Below, one piece after another: positions 26,706 to 35,300 of a stretch of DNA of 64,000 bases (position 1 is its first letter; each line of letters starts with the position of its first letter). The stretch is from the IMG/VR virus record IMGVR_UViG_3300047551_002812, positions 1 to 64,000 of that record. The stretch is one strand, 5' to 3'. A program made the translations under genes and the position numbers. Below the pieces are notes generated by a model, which did not search any database, was not told the origin of the DNA, and saw only the letters and a list, made by a program, of their open reading frames with translations. This DNA comes from a virus.

Positions 26706-28622
26706 TCAACCCTCGCAGGCTGCGCACTCCCCGTACTGTTTCTCCGGGGTGCCGATCCTCTCCGCCAGCTCAGTGTACCCGCCGATGTGGTGTCCGTTGA
26801 TCCAGATCTGGGGCACTGTGCGGTAGGGAAACTCCTGGTCGGGTACGTTGACCCTGTCGATCTCCTCGATCGTGTAACCTTTAGACCTCAGTAGTGATTT
26901 TGCCATGGTGCAGTACGGGCACGTCTCCTTGGTGATGATTTTAGCTACCCTCGAAATTGTCTCCAGTTTCTTACGTTTCACTAGGAGCGAACTGCTCTTA
27001 AGATAGTAAAGTGACTTTAATCCTCCCTTCCATGCACTCAGGTGGAGTCTGAAGAGGTACTCGGGAGAGGATTCGGGATCGACGAAGAGGTTGATGGATT
27101 GTCCTTGGCAGACGAATGGTTGACGATCGGAGGCCTGTTTGATTATCTCGAACTGATCGATCTCCCTCGCCGTCTTGAATACTTCCTTGGCGTGTTCGTC
27201 TAGGAAGTCGAGATGCTGTACCGATCCTCGGAACTCCAAGATCGACTCCCAGGTCTCCTCGGTATTGCGCCCGATCCGCTCGAGATGCTCAACCAGGTAC
27301 TTATTCTTGCGTACGAAGGTACCCTTGGCCTGTTTGGCGACGTAGTAGTTAGCATCGATGGGTTCGATACCCTCACTTCCAGCACCGCAGATGACCGAGT
27401 TGGATTTGGTGGGGGCGATCGCCATCAGGTGCGTGTGGCGGAGACCGGTACCCTGGCACCACTCCGGCTCCCCGTAGGTAGTGGCCATGTCGCGAGAAGC
27501 CTTAGTGGCCTTCTCCTTGATAAACCTGTGCATCTCTACGTTAAGTTGGCGGGCCTCCTCAGAAGCGAATGGTAGGTTTTTGGACTGATAGAGAGCGTGA
27601 AGACCCATGGTCCCGAGACCCAATGCCCTGGACTTGCGAGCGAAGCGAACAGCTCTACCAAGCGAGGTGAGTCGTTCGGCCTTGTGGCAGAACTCCTCCA
27701 CCACAGCATCGAGTAAATAGATCGCCAACTCTGGCACGGTCTTGCCAGTCGCTGGACCCTTCCAGTCCTTCCACTCCTCCCACCGTGAGAGGTTCAATGA
27801 GGAGAGTACGCAGACAAAAGTATGACTCTCGTCGGTGTGAAGAAAGATCTCGGAACAGAGATTGCTGAGTTTAACACTGAGACCACGCTGAGTGTAGCAC
27901 TCCGGATTGGCCTTATTGGCATTGTCGATGAAGATGATGTACGGTGACCCACTGATCATCCGAGCCTTGAGCACCTCACCAAAGACCTTCTGCTTCTCCC
28001 TGTCGCCCCTGAGCATACTCTCCACCCACTCGTCGGTGACAGTCACAGCGATGTTACTGTCGATGAAGTCCCTCGGATCGCCCTGGGAGTGGTCCTTAGA
28101 ACGTAGGACTTCGGGTAGATCGGGGTGGTCGATGGGAAGATAGAGAGCGAAACTTCCGCGCCTCACGCCTCCCTGGGAGACTACGGAGGCACACTGGTCG
28201 TACTGCCTCATCCAGGGTACGACCCCGGTGCTCTTACCACCGGAGGAGATAGGGGCTCCTGAGGGACGGATATCCCCGAAGTACGTACCGACTCCACCGC
28301 CATGCTGGGACAACGCCGCGGACTCCTTCAAGTGCGAGTAGATCGATGGCACGGAGTCGTAGAGATGGTTGGAGTAGCATGAGATCGGAAGTCCGCGTGA
28401 GGTGCCGAAATTACTAGCCACCGGAGTAGCCGGCCCGAGAAACCCCCGCCAGAGAATCTCGAATACGTCCCGTGAGAGTTCAGGGTAGTTAAGTAATTTT
28501 GCGGACTGATTCGCGATCCTCTCGTACATCCCTCTTGGGGTCTCCCCCTGATAAAGGTATCCACGAGACAACGTGTCGATGGCCTCCTTAGTCATCCATT
28601 CAGGTACTTGAAGTTCTGGCAT
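26706..28622 (-). CDS. nrdA: Class I ribonucleotide reductase alpha subunit with glutaredoxin domain
   Basis: PISC, SNLCSEI, CVLSSLN, AIAPT, KSLYY; Grx CPYC..TVPQIWING..IGGY; terminal CAACEG. Confidence 0.95.
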   Translation of the reverse strand: MPELQVPEWMTKEAIDTLSRGYLYQGETPRGMYERIANQSAKLLNYPELSRDVFEILWRGFLGPATPVASNFGTSRGLPISCYSNHLYDSVPSIYSHLKESAALSQHGGGVGTYFGDIRPSGAPISSGGKSTGVVPWMRQYDQCASVVSQGGVRRGSFALYLPIDHPDLPEVLRSKDHSQGDPRDFIDSNIAVTVTDEWVESMLRGDREKQKVFGEVLKARMISGSPYIIFIDNANKANPECYTQRGLSVKLSNLCSEIFLHTDESHTFVCVLSSLNLSRWEEWKDWKGPATGKTVPELAIYLLDAVVEEFCHKAERLTSLGRAVRFARKSRALGLGTMGLHALYQSKNLPFASEEARQLNVEMHRFIKEKATKASRDMATTYGEPEWCQGTGLRHTHLMAIAPTKSNSVICGAGSEGIEPIDANYYVAKQAKGTFVRKNKYLVEHLERIGRNTEETWESILEFRGSVQHLDFLDEHAKEVFKTAREIDQFEIIKQASDRQPFVCQGQSINLFVDPESSPEYLFRLHLSAWKGGLKSLYYLKSSSLLVKRKKLETISRVAKIITKETCPYCTMAKSLLRSKGYTIEEIDRVNVPDQEFPYRTVPQIWINGHHIGGYTELAERIGTPEKQYGECAACEG

Positions 28623-28725
28623 CTGGTAAGAGTTGGTAGGTTAATTCTATCATTGGGTATTGCAAAGTCACCCTGTGAGTAACATAGTATTACTCCAAGG
28701 TAGGTTGGTATGGTCTGACTAAGCG

Positions 28726-29136
28726 TTAGTTACTGTTATCGATCAAGCCATCATCCCAAGCCTGTTGCACGTTCTGAGATTTAGTTCCCCACTTCAGATT
28801 TGAGATAGCGTTGTTAGTCCCATCATTGTCTTTGTGAAGAATGACAATATTCTCTCCTTTGGGTTTAGGCGGACCGAACAACTCCATCACCATTTGATGA
28901 AGTGGTGGTTCTTCACGGTTACCACTCCACGTTAGATTCACTCTCTGATGCTTACGTCCATCATCGCGAGGTTTACGGAGTTCAGAGTCACCTTTTCTTC
29001 TCACTTTGCCGGTATTACTCACTTCGTATGGAGAGTTGTGCCACTGTTTCCATACTTCTCTAGAGTCAGAGAAGTTCCTACCTCCCTGTTCTCTACCTCT
29101 CACTCTCCATCCGTCCGGAGTCCGAAAATTATTCAT
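28726..29136 (-). CDS. NUMOD4/HNH homing-endonuclease-like protein with N-terminal PDGW
   Basis: EVWK..YEVSNTGKVR, HQMVMELF, HKDNDGTNNAISNLKWGTKSQN. Confidence 0.85.
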   Translation of the reverse strand: MNNFRTPDGWRVRGREQGGRNFSDSREVWKQWHNSPYEVSNTGKVRRKGDSELRKPRDDGRKHQRVNLTWSGNREEPPLHQMVMELFGPPKPKGENIVILHKDNDGTNNAISNLKWGTKSQNVQQAWDDGLIDNSN

Positions 29137-29344
29137 GCCATCTCTCCACGAAATCGTCGAAACCCCCGCGACCGCCGCAGGGTCTGGAGTACCTATCCGA
29201 AGGTGGTGTGGTTACGTTCATTCTATGAACTTTACTTAGGTACCTGTCCGCTTTTGGATCGGTGATCAGACACACCGTTCCATGATCGAGTTCCATGAGA
29301 TCGATATTTCTGTCCGGGTTGGGGTGAATTGCCATAACTATCAA
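29129..29344 (-). CDS. Hypothetical protein
   Basis: 71 aa, coupled to the nrdB stop. Confidence 0.55.
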   Translation of the reverse strand: MIVMAIHPNPDRNIDLMELDHGTVCLITDPKADRYLSKVHRMNVTTPPSDRYSRPCGGRGGFDDFVERWHE

Positions 29345-30336
29345 GTCAAAACAAGATCCAGTGTGGAGAGATCAACTGCCATGAAGTCCTGGGAGACTTT
29401 AGCCACGTAGTTAGCCCCGTCCTTAGAGGCGGCGAAGAAATCAGTACTACTTGCTCCTTTGACCATCGGATCAAACCACGATGAGATTGACTTAGCTTTT
29501 GTTAGCTCTTCGGTGGATAGTTTGAATACCTGGTCAAGACCAAGAAGAAGCAGACGTTCGTTCGCTCTGTTCCTAATATAAGCCTTCAACTCACTAGCGT
29601 CGATCGAGGAGATATCCGCGTAGTTGAAAATGTGATCGATAAAGGAGCATTCCTTCTCCACGACCAGGCGGAAACCCTCGTAGATCGCCTTCCTCTCCGA
29701 ATCTGATAATCCGACCTCCTCGGTTAATCTCTTGAAGAGTTGGCATCCAGCTTCGGAGTGAGTCTGCTCGTCGATGGCGGACCAGGAGATGATCTGGGCC
29801 AGTCCCTTATACCTTCCATCACGATTGAAACTGAGAAGTACCGCGAAAGAACTGAACAGACTTACCCCCTCTCCGGCTCCTGAGAATACCGCTAGGGAGA
29901 CCTTGTCGGGATACTTGGAGAAGAACGTGTCGATTTTGGAGCAAGCGACCGGGTCATTGATGAACTCCTCATACTCATTAAGTCCGAGTACGTCATTCAA
30001 GTAGGAGTAGGCGGCGGCGTGGATCGTCTCAAAAAACGAGAAGGCTCTGGCCATAGCCCTGATCTCCGGTTTGGGGAAGATACGGCAGACCTCGTCGGCC
30101 CAGTAGCATCCAATACCTAGTTCCGCGCTTACAAATCCTTTGAGGATCCCGGCGATAACTGCCCTCTCATCGGGAGTAGAGTTGAACTGCCAGTCCCGTA
30201 GATCGGACTCCATCGCCACTTCCTGGTGACGCCATACACTCGCCACGGTTTTTTCGTAGTAGTCGTAGAACTCCGGGAAATCGAATCCGGTGTCCTTCTT
30301 GAACACCATCTTGTTATGCTCTAGGATACTACTCAT
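29341..30336 (-). CDS. nrdB: Class I ribonucleotide reductase beta subunit
   Basis: ETIHAAAYS, EGVSLFSSF, DEQTH, TDFF. Confidence 0.95.
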   Translation of the reverse strand: MSSILEHNKMVFKKDTGFDFPEFYDYYEKTVASVWRHQEVAMESDLRDWQFNSTPDERAVIAGILKGFVSAELGIGCYWADEVCRIFPKPEIRAMARAFSFFETIHAAAYSYLNDVLGLNEYEEFINDPVACSKIDTFFSKYPDKVSLAVFSGAGEGVSLFSSFAVLLSFNRDGRYKGLAQIISWSAIDEQTHSEAGCQLFKRLTEEVGLSDSERKAIYEGFRLVVEKECSFIDHIFNYADISSIDASELKAYIRNRANERLLLLGLDQVFKLSTEELTKAKSISSWFDPMVKGASSTDFFAASKDGANYVAKVSQDFMAVDLSTLDLVLT

Positions 30337-30384
30337 AGGACCGGGAAGTACTGCGGAAAGAGTTCTATTCTATCACAGATCACG

Positions 30385-30912
30385 TCAGATCTCACTCTCT
30401 GGGTAGGTGTAGTGCATCTGGTCGGAGATGGAGGCGGGGAGGGTGACGTTAAGAACCTTGTACGCGGCCTCTAGGGCCTCCTTGCGGGTGGATTTGTGCG
30501 GACTCTTGTAGGTTCCTTGATTGCCACGGAGCTTGGGGATGACGGAATAGAAGTACTCCTTGTCCGGGTGAGTGACCAGGTAGTAGTGGTAACCCCTCTG
30601 CCGGCCATCTTCAACCACCACCTCTTTATCCTCAAGGTGGAGTTGTCCGACGTCGTAGGGTTCGGAACCTTCCGGCTCCTGCTGGTTGGATTCCTCACCA
30701 CCGTACGAGCAGTGCTCGGAACTCCCACGCGTAGTCTTTGCAGCCCCAAACTTTCCTTCCGGATCGACGTACTTGGAGTGGTAATCATCCTCACCGGTCT
30801 GAGGACCCGGTCTGACCAACTCCAGGTTTTTACTGGTTTTGCCAGTGTCGGCCCCCGGTTCGGCGTACTCGGCCAGCCCCCAACCCTCGGGGATCTTTAG
30901 TTCGTTCTTCAT
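30385..30912 (-). CDS. Hypothetical late protein with N-terminal PEGW
   Basis: MKNELKIPEGWGLAEYAE; GTTTAAAG 22 nt upstream. Confidence 0.75.
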   Translation of the reverse strand: MKNELKIPEGWGLAEYAEPGADTGKTSKNLELVRPGPQTGEDDYHSKYVDPEGKFGAAKTTRGSSEHCSYGGEESNQQEPEGSEPYDVGQLHLEDKEVVVEDGRQRGYHYYLVTHPDKEYFYSVIPKLRGNQGTYKSPHKSTRKEALEAAYKVLNVTLPASISDQMHYTYPESEI

Positions 30913-30945
30913 AGTAGACCTAGTGGTAATATGTCTTTAAACTAT

Positions 30946-30975
30946 AAAGCCCCAGGGAGATAAATCCCTGGGGCT
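30946..30975 (-). terminator. Intrinsic terminator
   Basis: AGCCCCAGGGA/TCCCTGGGGCT 11-bp inverted repeat with a short T tail on the minus strand. Confidence 0.75.
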
Positions 30976-30998
30976 ACAGGTATTAACCTACTTACCTA

Positions 30999-31928
30999 TC
31001 AGAAGTCCAGGTTGAGGGACGTGTCGTCACTCTCCTGCTGGGAGAGAAGGAGCGTAGAGCGGATACGGATCTTACCCGAATCCAACTCCTCCTTGCTTCG
31101 GAGGGTCAGTGTGGCAGGCTTCTCCCGATTGATCTCGGGTTTGGTCGCCAGGAGTGGTCGAATGGAGCTATGAGCCCACGCTCCGGATACCTTACCTTCC
31201 TCGGGGAGGTTATCGATGAGGATCCGGTAGGTCAGACCGTAGGAGGTCTTACACGGATAGTACCCAACGACCTGGTAGGGAGTATTGATATCCAACTCGC
31301 GGAAATCGACTTCCTCGTCGGCTTCGATCCGGGGTCCGGACGCTGTACCCTTCGGAGTTACTGGCTGCAGAAGAGCCACTACATCCTCGGGTTTCTTCTT
31401 GAGAAGCGCGTTGAGGGCTTTCGGTTCGGTTGGATTCTCCCAGTCGGTGAATCGTACCGCCACTGGAAGGACCGTCTGACCGTCTTCGGTGTCCACGGAT
31501 ACGAACAAGCAGGGATCCTCGCCGCGTCCTGAGAAGTTGAAGGAGCCGAACTCCGCCTCCATCTCGCGACCGTCGGAGGTGGTGAATCCGCCCTTAGCGA
31601 TTCCCACGGGCAGGAATCGTGGTCCCCACTGGATGTAGAGTTTACCGGTCTCCGTACCCTCGACGCCATCAGCGCCGACTTTAAGTACGGGTCCGAAGAG
31701 GCGGGAGTACACACCGTCCCGAGCCTTGATCAAGAAGGTGTTCTCGTCGAGGGGAAGATCCTCGTTTGTGAGGAACTTGAACACGACATCGAGGTCCTTT
31801 CGCATCGCCTTAGGAAGGTTAGCATTGGGGAGCTGGGTGTACTCGGAAGTGTACTCCCGGCCACTGAGCGGTACCAACTGTGGGGAGTTGGTGCTCAGGT
31901 CGATGGTCGTGATGCTGAAATTTGCCAT
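30999..31928 (-). CDS. Hypothetical protein, possible ssDNA-binding protein
   Basis: Beta-rich with an acidic tail ending ESDDTSLNLDF; both promoter classes upstream and a terminator downstream. Confidence 0.5.
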   Translation of the reverse strand: MANFSITTIDLSTNSPQLVPLSGREYTSEYTQLPNANLPKAMRKDLDVVFKFLTNEDLPLDENTFLIKARDGVYSRLFGPVLKVGADGVEGTETGKLYIQWGPRFLPVGIAKGGFTTSDGREMEAEFGSFNFSGRGEDPCLFVSVDTEDGQTVLPVAVRFTDWENPTEPKALNALLKKKPEDVVALLQPVTPKGTASGPRIEADEEVDFRELDINTPYQVVGYYPCKTSYGLTYRILIDNLPEEGKVSGAWAHSSIRPLLATKPEINREKPATLTLRSKEELDSGKIRIRSTLLLSQQESDDTSLNLDF

Positions 31929-32034
31929 GTTAGGTTCTCTTTGTGTTAAGGGTCTCTTGGAGAAAGATCTCTCTTTGCTCACTTAGAAATCATACCACGA
32001 TTTCGGATTTCAGGTCCGGTCGTGATACACTTCT

Positions 32035-32352
32035 TTAAACTGGATCTCCGCCTTTTCTCAGTTCTGAGAGGTAGGTCTGGGCCTCCAGGCGGATCTCGTA
32101 GAGTTGGTGGGAGAAGGGATTGAGCGGGCAGAGCGGAGGAACGTAGAGAATCAGAGTCTCTCCCCACCATATCTGCCTCTCGAAAGGGCACTTGGAGGGA
32201 ACCCACCTCACCCACCTCTCGGCGAGTTGCGGGGTCCAGGATCTTGGTCCGAGCGCACGCAAGTAGAGGCGGGGAAGACCATCCAGCAATCTCCCCCACC
32301 ACTTCGGTGCCCTCGCCTTGGCCCCGGAGGACGAACGAGAGAAACTAAGCAT
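32035..32352 (-). CDS. Mo-dependent-nitrogenase C-terminal-like domain protein (cyanobacterial family)
   Basis: VPSKCPFERQI..VPPLCPLNPF..LRLEAQTYL-type motif. Confidence 0.8.
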   Translation of the reverse strand: MLSFSRSSSGAKARAPKWWGRLLDGLPRLYLRALGPRSWTPQLAERWVRWVPSKCPFERQIWWGETLILYVPPLCPLNPFSHQLYEIRLEAQTYLSELRKGGDPV

Positions 32353-32355
32353 AGA

Positions 32356-35300
32356 TCACACTTTGGCTATAACGATCATACCGTGGTTAGCGTGCTCGTT
32401 TATCACCGAGTTACCCGACTGCTGGTAGAGGTAGTGGATGTTATGCAGTCCGGGGGTCAGTGATCTTGCCCACTGCGACCCCGCCGTGGTGTTATTGGTC
32501 TGGTTCTCGCCGTAGAACGCGTCGGACGGGGGTTTCCGTTCGGTGTCGGAGTCGACATTGACATCGATCCCCGGAGCCACGTACGCAATAGAGGCGTCGC
32601 CCGGAGGGTTGTTGTAGATGTCCAGGAAGGCTGTGACCAGGGTCGAGGAGGCCTGGACGAAACTCACGCGGGCGTTGGACAGGTACACAGGGGGAGTCTT
32701 CCATAACGCGTTCACCCCTACCGCCCCGCCATTCGTAATCGAGTTCCAACCATTACCGAAGAAGTAGATCGCCCTAGCATCGTACTGGTTGTGTAGGTTT
32801 GCGAGGTAGAGCTTAGGGTAGTCAGCGGCGTCTAATTGCCCGGTACCTGGGCTGGTGTAGTACGTCCCCCCGAGGTGCATTATTGACTTACCTGCAGTAG
32901 CTGTGGTTCTCACAATGCCCACCAGTCTCCTCGTCGGATCACCGCTCTTGTGAGGAATTCCATCCTTACTCCCCCTGGTCGGCGGGGTGGTATTTCCTCC
33001 CCAGGACTGGAAGTCCATCGCCAGTACCGGAGCCTGAAGAGTACCGGAGTTGTAGAGGTACACGTCGAACGTGGTATCTGCCGTGAGGGCAACTGCAGGA
33101 TTGCCGCTCTTGAGCTCAAATGATGGCAGGGTGGAGGTGGGAAACTTGAGCAGGAACCATCTCTGTGTGGTGGAGTCGTACAGGGCGATCTCATTGCCAT
33201 TCCACGGATGGACATATATCTTATCCGACTCCGGGATCGTCTCCGATGGCACATTCAGAGTGCTGCTGAGGCTCAACCTCAGGTTCACGACGTTTTTGAT
33301 CGAGTCTCCTATGGCCTGGATCAGTGTGGCCGGAGTGACTGCGAGGGTGGTGGAGGTAAACTCCCTTACCTCGTCCGCAGTGGCGATCTCTATGATCCCC
33401 TTCTGGGTCTCCGAGGCCTCCTTGGCCGAGACTGTGAACCTGGTTATGTTATCATCCGGGGTGTTCGGATCGCCTCCGGGTAACTCCACCGACGCCGAGG
33501 TCACCTCGATGCCGGTTCCGCCCTCGATAGCGTTATCGAATCTGGCCTTCAGTTCGTTGGATAGAGCCGCGGCGGTAACCACCAGTTTGTCCGCGGCACC
33601 CACATTACCGGACACCTTAGACCCCCTGATAGTCGAGGTATCCGCCAACTGCACCAGACCGGCCTTTGTCGTGGAGGCATAGACTTCCGGGAGAGGAGTC
33701 TGATTAGCGGTTATCGGCCCGGTAGTTGTATTGAAACTGGTCTTGGAGTCGAAGTAGATCTTGGTATCAGCACCGAAGTATACGGAAGCGTCGTCGTTGA
33801 GGGCTAGACTGGACTTCACCACTACACTATTGAAGACCTGGTTAGTTACCGAGCCAGGCTCATTATCCGCCTCGAGTGGGATGGCGAACTGCTCGCCGGT
33901 TCTCAGATCGAAGACCGTGGTACCGATGTAGAAACTGCCCTCCTCGTTCATGCCGGTGGCGTAGACCTTACCGCCATTGCTCTCCACGATGATCTTGCCC
34001 AGGGCAAAGTCCTGCTCCAGAGGCTCACCCTGGAAGGTCGGGAAAGCGGTGTCGTAGTTCAGGTACCCGGTCCACTCCCAAGTGTGACCCGAGGCTCTGA
34101 TGACTGACGGTCTGCGAAGTCCGATCAGGATACCGGACGAGGCCGATGTGGAGCGTACTTTCAGAGGTACTGGATTCACCCCGGGCTCTATGACCCCAGG
34201 GATATAGACGCCGGGGCGATTGATCATCTCCGAGAGCGCGATTCTCGTGATGGATCCGACCGGATCCGCCGTCTGCTCCGGCTCGTCGTAGTTCAGAGCA
34301 GGATACAGATCTCCCGAGGAGACTTTCCGTGCTTGAGTGCCCTGCGTGAGGTAAGCGACAAATCGACCATCCGAAGCACCCTTCTCCGCGAGTCTTCTCC
34401 TGTAGGCCTCGGGGTCGAATACCTCATCGTAGTCTCGGATCTGGGAGATGGTGAGAGGATCGTCGAGAAGCGTCGAACTTCCGTTGAGCGGATAACCATT
34501 CACCCCGAGTTGCTTCTCAAGGATGTAGTAGTTCTGAGGTCTCCTCATTCCCTCGTCTTTGATGAAGCCTTCGAGCACGATCCTGTAGATTCTCTCGTCA
34601 GACTTTCTCTTGTCGATACCTCTCACCGTGGAGATGGTGGCGCTCTGGAACAGGAAGTCTAGCGAGGAGTACGACAGTTCGGTTGGGGTGGGATTCTGGA
34701 GAATTTTGTACCTGAAGGCGTAATTGATCCGCTTGAGCAGATACCCGTCTCCGTCAACATCCTCCAGTTCCTCTAAGATGGTTGAAGTGGAGACATTAAC
34801 GTACCACTGGGATTTCTCCGTGTCCCACACGAAGATCTTGGAACTGTCATCCAGCTCGTTAAACCCAGGATAGGATGGAAGCGCTAACTGTATGTCCCCC
34901 GTGTAGAGGATGGAGTTGCCTTTCTCGTCGAAACCTTTGATATACAGTCTCTTTCTGTTGGCTCTCGAAGACCCCCCGGAGAGTTCGTAGGTACCATCGG
35001 ACTTCTTGATGGTATAGGTAAATTGCCCGAAACCCATCTTCGAGCTGGATGGGACATTACCCGTAGCGGAAAATGGAGAACTCGTGTTAGAACTCTTAAC
35101 GTAGACCTTGATAAGGCTAGGGGGAACACCATTGACAGACTCGGAGATGTACTTTGTCTTGGTGAGTTCGTAGTCGAGTACCAGTCCGGTATTTATCTCC
35201 GTGTCCACAAGAGTCGGACCGGAACCGTCGGCGAGCACGGAGTAGGAGAGGGGCCGTGGTGGGACTATCTGCGAGATCTTCGTGCCACCGTAGGATCCTG

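Noticed and set aside
26706-30336. Intron or intein in nrdA, nrdB or terL
   Set aside because: The ORFs are continuous and of expected length; the HNH is free-standing.
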